A DNA stretch of 64,000 nucleotides from Bdellovibrionales bacterium (GCA_020628165.1 JAHDFM010000019.1:10395-74394); one strand, 5' to 3'; counted from the stretch's first letter, positions 19,183-30,155 are shown. Translations and numbers: made by a program. Notes: generated by a model not told the origin, from the letters alone.

Positions 19183-21582
19183 ATGGCTTACAAACACCTA
19201 GAAATCGAAGATAAATGGCAAAAAGCATGGGACGAAAGCAGGTGCTATGTGGCAGAAGATCAATCTGACAAACCCAAATACTATGCCCTCAGTATGTTCC
19301 CATACCCCTCTGGAGCTGGGCTACACATGGGACACATTGCCTCTTACACCCCCACCGACATTGTCGCTCGCTATAAAAGATCCAAGGGTTTTAATGTCCT
19401 TCACCCAATGGGTTACGATGCCTTCGGCTTACCGGCAGAACAGTACGCCATCAAAACGGGAGTGCACCCGGATGAAACCACTCAAAAGACCATTGCCGGG
19501 TTTAGAAAACTTCTCCAAGATTTTGGTTTTAGTTACGACTGGTCTCGTGAAGTGTCGACCTGTGATCCTAACTTTTACAAGTGGACGCAAAAAATATTTT
19601 TAAAGTTGTTTGAGAAGGGCTTAGCCTATCAAAAAGATGCACCCGTCAACTGGTGTCCTGCTTTAAAAACAGTTCTCGCCAACGATGAAATCATTGACGG
19701 CAAAAGCGAACGCGGTGGCCACCCCGTCGTGCGCAAGCCAATGAAACAATGGATGTTAAAAATCACAGACTATGCCGACCGCCTTCTTGAAGATCTCGAA
19801 AGCATTGATTGGCCCAACAAAACAAAAGAGGGGCAAAAAAACTGGATCGGCAAAAGTGTTGGCGCAAAGATTCAATTTAAAATTGATGGCTACGATGAAT
19901 CGTTCACAGTTTTTACCACTCGCCCCGACACTTTGTTTGGTGCGACCTTTATGGTTCTTGCACCGGAACATCCACTCGTTGCTAAGATTACAACTGATGT
20001 GCAAAAAGAAAAAGTGAATCAATACATCAGTGATGCCAGTAAAAAAAGTGAACTCGACCGAAAATCAAATCTGGATAAAACAGGTGTGTTCACTGGCGCA
20101 TACACTCTTCACCCATTCACTGATGAGAAAATTCCTATATGGATTTCTGATTACGTGCTCATGGATTATGGCACGGGAGCGATCATGTCAGTCCCTGCCC
20201 ACGACACACGCGACTTTGATTTTGCCAAGCACTTTGAGATTCCAATTAAGCAAGTTCTTAATTCTAGTGGTGAGCCCCTTCCTTTTGAAGGCGACGGCAC
20301 TTTAATAAATTCTGACTTTTTAAATGGCCTCGATAAACAAACGGCCATTCAAACCATGATTAAAAAGCTTGAGGAGCTTAAAATTGGTGAAGCTCAAACT
20401 CAGTACAAATTGAGGGACTGGCTTTTCAGTCGTCAAAGATATTGGGGTGAACCTTTCCCGATCATTCATAGTGAGGACGGCACGAACATTCCAGTGAGTG
20501 ACGATGAACTTCCGGTCACTTTGCCAGAGGTGGCTGATTACGAACCTTCTGATGCCGGTGAACCACCGCTCGCTCGTGTTGATGATTTTGTGAACTATGA
20601 CGGCCCCTCTGGGAAGGGCAAAAGAAACACCGACACCATGCCTGGAAGTGCTGGTTCCTCGTGGTATTTTTTGCGTTACATCGATCCGCACAACTCAAGC
20701 CAAGCTTTCAGTGATGAAGCCCAGAAGTACTGGATGCCAGTGGATCTCTACATAGGTGGTCCAGAACACACTGTGGGTCACCTTCTTTATGCGCGTTTTT
20801 GGCAGAAAGTTTTATTTGATGCTGGACTTGTTGATCACAAAGAGCCGTTTGATAAACTTGCCCACCAAGGCACTATCATGGGGCCTGATGGACGAAGAAT
20901 GTCTAAGCGTTGGGGCAATGTGATCAACCCAGGAGACCTCAAACAAACTCACGGCGTTGATGCCACTCGTGTCTATGCCATGTTCATGGGACCTTTTGAA
21001 AAAGACAAACCTTGGGACACTAACGGCATTGATGGAGCTCGTAGGTTTTTAGAACGAGTTTGGAGATTAGTCGCTGATGACAACGGTGACTGTGTGGCCG
21101 AAGACGTTTCGGTCTCTGACAACTTAAACAAAATGCTGCACAAAGCGATTAAAAAAGTGGGAGAAGACATCGAGAAGCTCAGCTTCAACACGGCCATTAG
21201 CACCATGATGATTTTAGTGAATGAAGTCTACAAAGAAGGCGTTAAACCAAAAGCACTTTTAACAACGCTGTCACAATTATTGATGCCTTTTGCACCACAC
21301 ATCAGTGAAGAGATCTGGCAGAAACTCGGGCAAGACGGACTTGTGGCTCAATCGACCTGGCCGACCTACAACCCTGATTTGATTGTTGATGATGTCGTGA
21401 CAATTGGTGTACAAGTCAGTGGGAAAATGCGAGGCAAGATTGAGATCAGCGTAGATTGTGATGAGTCTGAAGCCGTTGCCAAGGCCAAAGAGATTCATGC
21501 TGTGCAAAATGCCCTCGACGGAAAAAATATTTTTAAAGTGATTTACAAGGCTGGGAAGATACTAAATATCATTGCTAAATAG
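19183..21582 (+). CDS. leuS: Leucyl-tRNA synthetase
   Basis: MFPYPSGAGLHMGH (HIGH), RMSKR (KMSKS variant), FTTRPDT editing domain, SRQRYWG. Confidence 0.98.
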   Translation: MAYKHLEIEDKWQKAWDESRCYVAEDQSDKPKYYALSMFPYPSGAGLHMGHIASYTPTDIVARYKRSKGFNVLHPMGYDAFGLPAEQYAIKTGVHPDETTQKTIAGFRKLLQDFGFSYDWSREVSTCDPNFYKWTQKIFLKLFEKGLAYQKDAPVNWCPALKTVLANDEIIDGKSERGGHPVVRKPMKQWMLKITDYADRLLEDLESIDWPNKTKEGQKNWIGKSVGAKIQFKIDGYDESFTVFTTRPDTLFGATFMVLAPEHPLVAKITTDVQKEKVNQYISDASKKSELDRKSNLDKTGVFTGAYTLHPFTDEKIPIWISDYVLMDYGTGAIMSVPAHDTRDFDFAKHFEIPIKQVLNSSGEPLPFEGDGTLINSDFLNGLDKQTAIQTMIKKLEELKIGEAQTQYKLRDWLFSRQRYWGEPFPIIHSEDGTNIPVSDDELPVTLPEVADYEPSDAGEPPLARVDDFVNYDGPSGKGKRNTDTMPGSAGSSWYFLRYIDPHNSSQAFSDEAQKYWMPVDLYIGGPEHTVGHLLYARFWQKVLFDAGLVDHKEPFDKLAHQGTIMGPDGRRMSKRWGNVINPGDLKQTHGVDATRVYAMFMGPFEKDKPWDTNGIDGARRFLERVWRLVADDNGDCVAEDVSVSDNLNKMLHKAIKKVGEDIEKLSFNTAISTMMILVNEVYKEGVKPKALLTTLSQLLMPFAPHISEEIWQKLGQDGLVAQSTWPTYNPDLIVDDVVTIGVQVSGKMRGKIEISVDCDESEAVAKAKEIHAVQNALDGKNIFKVIYKAGKILNIIAK

Positions 21583-21589
21583 GTGAGTT

Positions 21590-23470
21590 ATGAGTTGGGA
21601 TTATAAAAAAAGTGTTGAGCTGTACGGAATCAATGAATGGGGTCGTGGTTACTTTGGCGTTAATAAAAAAGGCAATGTCATTATTAACCCAGAAGATGGA
21701 AAAGAACTCGACCTCTATGAACTCACTAACGATTTGATCGAACGTGGGGTTCGCCCACCAATACTCATTCGCTTTCCCGACATCGTTAAAAAAAGAATTG
21801 AGCTACTTTCACAGTGCTTTGCTAATTCCATTAAAGAAAGTAACTATCAAGGCACTTACTCAGGTGTTTACCCCATCAAAGTGAATCAGCAAAAGCATCT
21901 CGTTGATGAGATTGTCAGTTATGGGTCTGTGCACCGACTAGGACTTGAGTGCGGCAGTAAGCCTGAACTTTTAATTGCTTTGTCGGTTATGAAAACGCCC
22001 AATGCTTTAATTATTTGTAACGGCTTTAAAGATAGTGAGTACATTGAGACAGCTTTGCTTTCACAAAAGCTTGGGCGACAAACATTTATCGTCGTTGACC
22101 GCATGAAAGAGCTCGAATTAATTATCAATGCCAGTAAAAAGCTAAACATCCAACCCAAAATTGGTTTCCGTACAAAGCTTGATAGCAAAGGGGGCGGTAA
22201 GTGGGTGGAGTCTAGTGGCGCCAGATCAAAATTTGGTTTAACTCCTACGGAAATGGTTTTAGGAGTCAACAAACTCAAAGAAGAAGGTATGCTTGATAGT
22301 TTGCAGCTTTTGCACTTTCACATTGGTTCACAAATCCCGTCCATTCAATACATTAAAGCCTCTATGAAAGAAGGTGCTCAAGTTTTCAGTGAGATGTACC
22401 GCATGGGTGCACCGCTTAAGTACATCGATGTTGGCGGAGGTCTTGGAGTTGACTACGACGGCTCTGGAAGCAGCGACAGTTCTATGAATTACGAACCACA
22501 AGATTACGCTAATGATGTTGTAAATATCATTCAAAATATTTGTGCAGAAAAAGAAATCCCACACCCACATATTATCACCGAGTCTGGCCGATCATTGGTG
22601 GCTCACACATCTATTTTAGTTTTTGATGTGCTTGGTAAAAATCAAGTGGCCAAAAGCAAAGTGCATTTTGACGTCGATCACCATGACTCACGCATCGTGC
22701 AAGAGATGTACGAAATGTATTCAACAGTGAACTCTAGCAATGCCAATGAATTCTATAATGACCTCATTGAGAAAAAACGCGACAGTTTGCAAATGTTCAC
22801 TTACGGAGTGCTGTCGTTAGAACAGCGTGCAAAAGTGGAAGATCTTTACTGGTCAACACTCACTAAAATTTATCCATTAATGAAAGAGATCGATGAAGAG
22901 ATTTTCTGGGAGATCGAAAAAAACTTATCTGACACTTACTTCTGTAACTTCAGTGTGTTTCAATCTCTCCCCGATTCGTGGGCCATTGGGCAGCACTTTC
23001 CAGTGATGCCCATTCATAAGCTCAACGAAAAACCCACCAAACAGGCCACGATTGCAGACCTCACTTGTGACTCCGATGGAAAAATCGATAATTTTTACGA
23101 CAATGAAACCTCTTCCACTCAAAGCTATTTAGAAGTTCACCCTGTGAACCCAGACGAGCCTTATTACTTAGCTGCCTTTCTCACAGGTGCTTACCAAGAG
23201 ATCTTAGGCGACTTACACAATTTGTTCGGTGACACAGATGCCGTGCATATCTCGATTCATAAAAACGGCTACAACGTCGATCACGTTGTCGTCGGAGATT
23301 CCGTGTCAGAGGTGCTCAGCTACTTAGAGTACAATAAGTCTCAACTGATCGAAAACATACGCTTAGCCAGCGAAAACAGCATCGCCGCCGGAGTCCTAAC
23401 TCGCCAGGAGAGTAAGCTCCTAATGAAGCACTACGAAGAAGGTCTCTCCGGCTACACCTACCTAGAATAA
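21590..23470 (+). CDS. speA: Biosynthetic arginine decarboxylase
   Basis: YPIKVNQ (PLP Lys), HFHIGSQI, DVGGGLGVDYDG, TCDSDG, GAYQEILGDLHNLFG. Confidence 0.97.
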   Translation: MSWDYKKSVELYGINEWGRGYFGVNKKGNVIINPEDGKELDLYELTNDLIERGVRPPILIRFPDIVKKRIELLSQCFANSIKESNYQGTYSGVYPIKVNQQKHLVDEIVSYGSVHRLGLECGSKPELLIALSVMKTPNALIICNGFKDSEYIETALLSQKLGRQTFIVVDRMKELELIINASKKLNIQPKIGFRTKLDSKGGGKWVESSGARSKFGLTPTEMVLGVNKLKEEGMLDSLQLLHFHIGSQIPSIQYIKASMKEGAQVFSEMYRMGAPLKYIDVGGGLGVDYDGSGSSDSSMNYEPQDYANDVVNIIQNICAEKEIPHPHIITESGRSLVAHTSILVFDVLGKNQVAKSKVHFDVDHHDSRIVQEMYEMYSTVNSSNANEFYNDLIEKKRDSLQMFTYGVLSLEQRAKVEDLYWSTLTKIYPLMKEIDEEIFWEIEKNLSDTYFCNFSVFQSLPDSWAIGQHFPVMPIHKLNEKPTKQATIADLTCDSDGKIDNFYDNETSSTQSYLEVHPVNPDEPYYLAAFLTGAYQEILGDLHNLFGDTDAVHISIHKNGYNVDHVVVGDSVSEVLSYLEYNKSQLIENIRLASENSIAAGVLTRQESKLLMKHYEEGLSGYTYLE

Positions 23471-23504
23471 AAAACTTACCCCCCACCACTAAAGACAACC
23501 CACA

Positions 23505-23620
23505 AAGGTGGTCCGTACTTTTTTGCGAAACGCTGTGTTAATTCGTCTCATCTATTCATCACCAGTAATCCTGAGCCGCTCAAATAACGCGTAGTTTCGC
23601 AAAAAGGTACGGACCACCTT
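23505..23620. repeat. 116-bp palindromic REP/MITE-like element
   Basis: 27-bp arms 23505-23531 and 23594-23620 with one mismatch. Confidence 0.8.
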
Positions 23621-23669
23621 AATGCGGGGGGTTGGTTTTGTTGGAGAGGGTGTGGTATTTTTATTTACT

Positions 23670-24938
23670 ATGGCTTTAACAATGATCGGCATCGCGCTTT
23701 TGTTTTTTCTTGGACACGGACTTAATTGGTTTTTTGAAAAAACAAAAATTCCTGACTTACTTATTCTTACTATTATTGGCTACCTGCTTGGACCTGTTTT
23801 TGGAGTGATCAGTGCGGAAGACTTCGGTAAGGCCGGCCCTGTTATTTCCACCATGGCTCTGATTGTAATTCTTTATGAAGGTGGTCTTCACCTAAGTGCC
23901 AAAGACCTGATGTCGTCAAGCTTACCCTCGGCTGCTCTTTCTATAATGAGCTTTGTTTTTATTGCAGTTTGTGGAAGCTTGCTTTCCTACCTAGTGCTTT
24001 TTAATCCGCTTCCCATCTCTATACTATTTGGAGTTGCCATAGGTAGCACATCTTCAGCAATTGTTATTCCCATGGTTAAAAAACTTTCCATTCAAAATAA
24101 AAATAAAACCATTCTATCACTGGAATCAGCGTTCACAGATGTCCTAACCATTGTTGTTTTTCTCGTTTTAGTTGAATCTTTTGCACGTGGACACTTTGAC
24201 CTGCAAGAACTGTTAGTGGGTATTGGTCCAAAAACTGGGCTCTCTGCAAGCATAGGTATTTTTGCGGGCCTTCTTTGGGCTTTTTTTAAAAAAAGGTTTT
24301 CACCCATCTTAACCATGGCCTTTGCTGGTGAAGCATGGGCACTATTACTCTTTGGCCTGATGGAGCTATTCACTCTCAACGGAGCCATTGCAGTGCTTAC
24401 TCTTGGCTTTACATTAGCTAACTTAAACCTTGTGCCTAATTGGCTATCAAACAACTTTAGCTCAGTGCCCGTCTCTTACAAGGACATGTCTATCTTAAGT
24501 GAACTCACATTTTTACTGCGCACTTTCTTTTTCATTTACCTTGGCCTTCTCGTTCAATTTAGCAATATCAATGTAATTCTGTTTGCTTTACTTATTACTA
24601 TCGTCATTTTACTGACTCGCTATATTGCGATCAAAATTTTATACAAGCCTAAGAACTATAATTTACTCGATGTACTTGTTGCTACGGCTATGGGGCCGCG
24701 AGGCCTAGCTTGTGCAGTGCTTGCGACCATCCCTCTCCAAAAAGGCATTCAAGGTGGACAATGGTTGCAAGATACATTGTTTGCTCTTATTCCAATTACA
24801 ATTGCATTTACGGCTATTGCTGTCTCTCTCAGTGAATCTAAAAAAGGACGACAAAAGCTGTCTTTCTTATACAAAAGTCACCTTGAAGAACTCACTGCCA
24901 ATGATCAAGCGAACATAGAAGTAAAAAAAGACAACTGA
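23670..24938 (+). CDS. Cation:proton antiporter (CPA1/NhaP-like)
   Basis: Multi-TM protein with STSSAIV, LESAFTD and GPRGL. Confidence 0.88.
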   Translation: MALTMIGIALLFFLGHGLNWFFEKTKIPDLLILTIIGYLLGPVFGVISAEDFGKAGPVISTMALIVILYEGGLHLSAKDLMSSSLPSAALSIMSFVFIAVCGSLLSYLVLFNPLPISILFGVAIGSTSSAIVIPMVKKLSIQNKNKTILSLESAFTDVLTIVVFLVLVESFARGHFDLQELLVGIGPKTGLSASIGIFAGLLWAFFKKRFSPILTMAFAGEAWALLLFGLMELFTLNGAIAVLTLGFTLANLNLVPNWLSNNFSSVPVSYKDMSILSELTFLLRTFFFIYLGLLVQFSNINVILFALLITIVILLTRYIAIKILYKPKNYNLLDVLVATAMGPRGLACAVLATIPLQKGIQGGQWLQDTLFALIPITIAFTAIAVSLSESKKGRQKLSFLYKSHLEELTANDQANIEVKKDN

Positions 24939-24961
24939 ATTGAGTGAATATCTGTTTTCAT

Positions 24962-24990
24962 ATGACAGACCGTAAACACCAAACTACAAT
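24962..24990 (+). promoter_or_regulatory. Sigma70-type promoter of the VOC gene
   Basis: ATGACA-17nt-TACAAT, 8 nt before ATG 24999. Confidence 0.55.
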
Positions 24991-24998
24991 TTCTGATC

Positions 24999-25360
24999 AT
25001 GTTTAAAGAATTTGTAACAGCACTTTACTTTGTCGAAAATGTTCAACAAACCAAGAACTGGTATACAAAACTTTTAGGAATTTCACCCATTGAAGACTCT
25101 GAAAGCTTTGCATCTTTTAAAGTTGGTTCGTCTTTTCTAAATTTCCATTTAGCAGATAAGATGTCACCCGTCTCTACCGGAGGATGCGTTGCTTATTGGG
25201 CGTCTCTGACTTACAAGACATCATAAATAAAGCAACTTCTTTAGGAGCAAAGATTTACCGTGGCCCATTATTTATAAATGAAACTGGTCGTACAGTTTGT
25301 CAACTGCTCGACCCTTTCGGTAATGTCTTTGGTATAGAGGTAAATAATCAAGTTTTATAA
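24999..25360 (+). pseudogene. Glyoxalase/VOC family gene with a single frameshift near 25197-25201
   Basis: ...GGCVAYW continues in the -1 frame as VSDLQDIINKATSLGAKIYRGPL...LLDPFGNVFGIE, stop at 25358-25360. Confidence 0.85.
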
Positions 25361-25382
25361 AAAACGCTTAAGCAGAAACAAA

Positions 25383-25946
25383 TTATCTAGATGAATCTTC
25401 ACCCAAATAACTTTCAGTAGATACACCCACCAATGGAACCTCAACAGAGCAGTCATTACCACTGCTATCTGTGTAACTAATTGTCATACTGTCGTTGTAA
25501 CTTTTCACTGCCCGTGGCCTGAACTCTAAGTTGAGAGAGCAATCTCTTGAAAGTGAATTCATCGAGCAAAGATCATAGTTGTGATAGGTCGCCTCACCTG
25601 GAAACTCACCTGAATTATAATAACCAAAAGGTCTCGAGAAGGAACTCACATTTGTAATAGTGTGACCAGAAGATTTAATTCTCAATCTTCTAAAAGCTCG
25701 ACTTGTCACTTTTGGAGACCCAAAATCTATCTTTGTTCTGTTTAATTTGGCGTCACATGCTACAGAGTTTGATTCGTCATTAACACTCTCATCGACAACG
25801 GAATTAACTGGCTCTTTTAAGTCAGCCATAGTTTCTTGGGCCTGCTCTGAAACTTGATCCTTAGCTTGCTCAATATCTTCTTTTTTATCTGAACTAGAAC
25901 AGGATACAAAAATAAGTAAAGATAACACAACTAAGATTGATTTCAT
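25383..25946 (-). CDS. Lipoprotein with a C-terminal Ig-like (choice-of-anchor D-like) domain
   Basis: FVSC lipobox; PFGYYNSGEFPG...CSLNLEFRP...TISY. Confidence 0.65.
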   Translation of the reverse strand: MKSILVVLSLLIFVSCSSSDKKEDIEQAKDQVSEQAQETMADLKEPVNSVVDESVNDESNSVACDAKLNRTKIDFGSPKVTSRAFRRLRIKSSGHTITNVSSFSRPFGYYNSGEFPGEATYHNYDLCSMNSLSRDCSLNLEFRPRAVKSYNDSMTISYTDSSGNDCSVEVPLVGVSTESYLGEDSSR

Positions 25947-26119
25947 TTCATAACTCCTTGTAAGTAACTAATAATTTACATAGAAAATAAAAATCCGTAC
26001 ATCTGTTGAAAAAAGAACTCGTCAAAAACTCGACCTAAGTCCTTCTTAAAAAACAATATCTTCAGTAAAATTATTTAGATCAGTCAACAAAATAAAGGTG
26101 ATCAACCTAATTACAGCAA

Positions 26120-27142
26120 CTAAGACTTTCTAGGATCAAAGGCATCTCTAACACCGTCACCAATTAAATTCATAACTAGCAAAGATATAAAAAGAGCAAT
26201 CGATGGGAACACCGCAAGCCACCAAGCAATGGTAAAGTTTTTCTGCGCCTGTTGTAGCAACTCACCCCAACTCGGCGTTGGAGCAGGCAAACCAAAACCA
26301 AGGTAGTCTAAAGCCGCTAAGCTTGAAATACTACTTGAAATCACAAACGGAGAAAAAGTAATCACTGGCCCTAACGAGTTGGGCAAAATATGCTTGAAAA
26401 TTTGTCGGAACTTGCTACCACCAATAGACTTGGCAGCTTCAACGAACTCTAGACGCCTTAGCTTTAAAAACTCAGCTCTAACATAATAGGAAATCCCCAT
26501 CCATCCAAGAGCCGCTGAAAATATCACCAACAATGACATGCTCGCTCCAAATACAGAAACTAAGGTGATTAACATAATTAAACCTGGCAAGGATTCAATG
26601 ATCTCGACCACCCTTTGGCCAATCAAATCAACCCAACCACCTAAGAAGCCCATCAATGCCCCTACGACAATTCCAATAAAGTAGGAAAGCACCCAAACTA
26701 AAAGAGCAAAACCAAAGCTATATCTGAAGCCATAAAGAAGACGTGCAAAAATATCTCGCCCTCTGTCATCAGTTCCAAACCAATTCTCGGCTGTAGGTGC
26801 TGATGGGTACGATTCAATAGCTACGTTGGACTCATAAGGATCCCACTTATTGATAGGCCACAATTTCCAATCACCATCATTTTTTAACTCTAGTTTTTTG
26901 TATTGAGTGACAAACTCATCCTCAATACCAAAAATTGTTGGATGATAAGTTTTTATAACCGGGAAATATATAGAGCCATTAAACTTCATCATTAAGGGCT
27001 TACTATTAGACCAAAAGTTAGCAGAAACACTAAAAGCTATTAAAAATAAGAGCAATAAAATCGCAAACACAGCAATTTTATTTTGCTTAAAGCGACGATA
27101 TCTTTTTAGTGTTAAATCATTCTTTATTAAACTCTCAATCAC
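26120..27142 (-). CDS. Peptide ABC transporter permease (OppC/YejE-like)
   Basis: GTDDRGRD, EFVEAAKSIG, LDYLGFGLP...SWGELL. Confidence 0.92.
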   Translation of the reverse strand: MIESLIKNDLTLKRYRRFKQNKIAVFAILLLLFLIAFSVSANFWSNSKPLMMKFNGSIYFPVIKTYHPTIFGIEDEFVTQYKKLELKNDGDWKLWPINKWDPYESNVAIESYPSAPTAENWFGTDDRGRDIFARLLYGFRYSFGFALLVWVLSYFIGIVVGALMGFLGGWVDLIGQRVVEIIESLPGLIMLITLVSVFGASMSLLVIFSAALGWMGISYYVRAEFLKLRRLEFVEAAKSIGGSKFRQIFKHILPNSLGPVITFSPFVISSSISSLAALDYLGFGLPAPTPSWGELLQQAQKNFTIAWWLAVFPSIALFISLLVMNLIGDGVRDAFDPRKS

Positions 27143-27153
27143 AACAATCGCCT

Positions 27154-28176
27154 TTAATTAAAATCAATCCGTGGATCAACAACTAAATATAACAAATCAC
27201 TTATAATGCGACCGACGACCATCAATAATGACGAAACAAATATAATTGCCATCAACACATTAAAGTCACGGTCTAAAGCTGACTGATAAGCCAGCAAACC
27301 AATTCCGTCTAAACTAAAGATTTGTTCTATGATTACTGAACCTGCCAAGAAAAAGGCAAGAATACCACTTAAACCTGTCACAATCGGAATTAAGGCATTT
27401 CTTAGAGCGTGCTTATACACAACCACTTTTTCAGAAAGACCCTTAGCTCGTGCAGTTCTCACGTAATCAAGCTTAATCACATCTAGAAGTGAGTTCTTCA
27501 TAAGCATGGTCAATACTGTAAAGCTACCAATCATGTAACAAGTCATTGGCAGAATAAAATGATGAACCCGATCTTTGATTTTACCCCAAGTAGTGAGGTC
27601 ATCATAGTTATCAGACATAATATCTGACATAGGAAATAGATCCCAGAAACTTCCACCAGCAAAAAATGTGATCAACAAAATACCAAGCATTAGCGCTGGT
27701 ATCGAGTACATAACAACTAACAATACTGTAGAAACAACGTCGAAGGCCGAGTCTTTTTTTACGGCCTTTATTACTCCGAGAGGAATACATATGAGATAAG
27801 TAAATATCAGTGACAGTATACCAAACTGCAAAGACACTGGGAGCTTGCTTTTAATAACATCTATCACAGGCTCTTCTGCACTGAAACTTTCGCCAAAATC
27901 TAACTTAACAATGTTCTTTAGCCAAATCCCGTATCTAACGTGCACAGGCTTATCAAAACCATATTGCTTTTTTAAAGCTTCAATAACTTCTTCAGAAACA
28001 CCCATGTTGTTACTTGATGTCGCTGAGGTGTCACCGGCACCAGAGAATCTAATTTTTTGAATGGCTTGCTCGACGGGACCGCCGGGCGCCATATTGATAA
28101 TTAAAAAACACACTAATGTGATACCAAGCAAAGTTGGTATCATCATAAGAAGTCTTTTAAAAAAGTACATTAACAT
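27154..28176 (-). CDS. Peptide ABC transporter permease (OppB/YejB-like)
   Basis: APGGPVE, YVRTARAKGL, HALRNALIP, DPRIDF. Confidence 0.93.
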   Translation of the reverse strand: MLMYFFKRLLMMIPTLLGITLVCFLIINMAPGGPVEQAIQKIRFSGAGDTSATSSNNMGVSEEVIEALKKQYGFDKPVHVRYGIWLKNIVKLDFGESFSAEEPVIDVIKSKLPVSLQFGILSLIFTYLICIPLGVIKAVKKDSAFDVVSTVLLVVMYSIPALMLGILLITFFAGGSFWDLFPMSDIMSDNYDDLTTWGKIKDRVHHFILPMTCYMIGSFTVLTMLMKNSLLDVIKLDYVRTARAKGLSEKVVVYKHALRNALIPIVTGLSGILAFFLAGSVIIEQIFSLDGIGLLAYQSALDRDFNVLMAIIFVSSLLMVVGRIISDLLYLVVDPRIDFN

Positions 28177-28194
28177 GAGTGAAGCCTGCCTAAA

Positions 28195-29826
28195 TTATTT
28201 AGTGATGTACCAGTAATTTTCACCAATTCCGTACGTGTAAGTTGGCTTTTCATACTTCATTCGGTCAGTGTAACCGTAAAAATCATAGTTGGCGTTGAAT
28301 AAGAACACGTATGGAGCATCTGCAGCGATCAATTCATAGATCTGATTCCATACTTTAATTCTTTCGTTGAAATCTAAAATCTTACGACCATCAGTGATCA
28401 ACTTATCAACCTTTGGATTGCTGTAACTAATAAAGTTAGACCCTTTATTTTTAGCGCTATCTGTGTGCCAAATTTGTTTTGGATCATTTTCAATAGAACC
28501 ACGGCCCCAGCCCAAGCTAACGGCTTCAAACTTTCTGTCATCAAGAGCTTTGATGAAACTGTTCCACTCGATCACCTTGAGGTCCATGTGGATACCGGCC
28601 TTCTTCAAGTCTTCTTTATATATAGTGAAGTACTTCTCACGGTCTTTACTTGGAAACATCAAAGTGAACTTAAATTCTTTTTTTGCTCCATTGATTGTTT
28701 TTTCTAAGACTCCATTTTTATCAGCATCTTTCCAGCCCGCTTTCTTCAAAAGCTCTTTCGCTTTTTTAGGGTTAAATGCTAGAGGCTTTACTTTTTTAGA
28801 TGCAAATGGGCTCTGTTGATACCAAGGACCTGTCGCTAATAAAGATTTACCAAAGTTGAACTTTTTATTCATAAGTTCTCTGTTCATAAGGTGAGCTAGG
28901 GCTACGCGAACATCTCTGTCTTTAAAAAGGTCATTTTTGAAGTTCCAACCTACAAATCCGTAACCTTTAACACCAGAGTTTTTAACTTGGTTTTTATGAA
29001 CTTTTGTTCCCCAAACTTTGCCTTTTGCCTTTTTAACATACTGCTCAGGAGACAAGCCCATAAAGTCAATTTTGCCTTTTTTGAGCATTTCTAAACGCAC
29101 ATTTTCATCCTTTACAAAGCGGATCTGAATTTTGTCAGCGTTGTAAACATATTTAAGTGAAGGTAATGATTTTCCCCACCAGTCTTTGTTTCTTTCAAGA
29201 ACTAAGCTTTTTCCTTTTTTGTACTGACCTAATTTATACGGTCCAGAGCCCATGATAGTTTTGTTTAATTTTTTCTTAGGATCACCATAAAAGTGTTTTG
29301 GTACAATATCTAGGCCAGCGATAATGTTAAAGTTGTTAAAGTATTTTCTTTTAAATTTAAAAACAACGGTTTGTGGATCTTTGATCGTTGCTGATTCAAT
29401 GTCTTCGTAATATGACTTGTATTGAGCGTTTTGATATTTCCCGTTCACACGACATTCAAAACTAAATTTAACATCTTCAGCAGTGACCGGCTTTCCATCA
29501 TGCCATTTGGCACCCTTTCTTAGCTTAACAGTTGCCGACATTCCATCTTTATTAAGGACAACACTTTCAGCTAAGCGTGGCTCGAATTTGTAAGTATCTA
29601 CATTTCTCACCATCAACTGATCAATTACATAATCTTGTATCATTGATGCATAAGCATCAGAACTTGTGATTGGATTTAACTTTTGAGGCTCAGCACTGAA
29701 TACTTTGTAGAATGTGCCTCCTTTCGTTGCTTTTTTTGTACCCAATGTTTTAACTGGGTGCTGTAAAGAAAATGCCAAAGAAGAAATAAATAGTGTTGAT
29801 AAAACAACAATCAACTTTTGAATCAT
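28195..29826 (-). CDS. Peptide ABC transporter substrate-binding protein (OppA-like)
   Basis: Signal peptide, WHDGKPVTAEDVKFS, GSGPYK. Confidence 0.92.
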   Translation of the reverse strand: MIQKLIVVLSTLFISSLAFSLQHPVKTLGTKKATKGGTFYKVFSAEPQKLNPITSSDAYASMIQDYVIDQLMVRNVDTYKFEPRLAESVVLNKDGMSATVKLRKGAKWHDGKPVTAEDVKFSFECRVNGKYQNAQYKSYYEDIESATIKDPQTVVFKFKRKYFNNFNIIAGLDIVPKHFYGDPKKKLNKTIMGSGPYKLGQYKKGKSLVLERNKDWWGKSLPSLKYVYNADKIQIRFVKDENVRLEMLKKGKIDFMGLSPEQYVKKAKGKVWGTKVHKNQVKNSGVKGYGFVGWNFKNDLFKDRDVRVALAHLMNRELMNKKFNFGKSLLATGPWYQQSPFASKKVKPLAFNPKKAKELLKKAGWKDADKNGVLEKTINGAKKEFKFTLMFPSKDREKYFTIYKEDLKKAGIHMDLKVIEWNSFIKALDDRKFEAVSLGWGRGSIENDPKQIWHTDSAKNKGSNFISYSNPKVDKLITDGRKILDFNERIKVWNQIYELIAADAPYVFLFNANYDFYGYTDRMKYEKPTYTYGIGENYWYITK

Positions 29827-30155
29827 AACCTTATCCTTTAGTTAGATTTTTTATAGATAAACACACCACTAACGCTTAGTGTTGCTGGGCCTCAGATAAC
29901 ATGTTATAAGTGGTTAATTTTTTCAAGGTTTTTGAATTTTTAAATCTATTTTTATAAACTCATTTTGCAACGCAAAATGGATAATCTCGTGACCTTAAAA
30001 ACTTCGATAAGTTATTAAAATATATCTACTTTAACTAAACCCACAAGCATATTAACACGTTTTTCGATAAGACCTCTTTATAACTGTTATAATTTTTATA
30101 AACCTTGAAAGGAAAATCCTAGTCGATAAAGCACCTTCCCTGTAGTTTATTTGCA

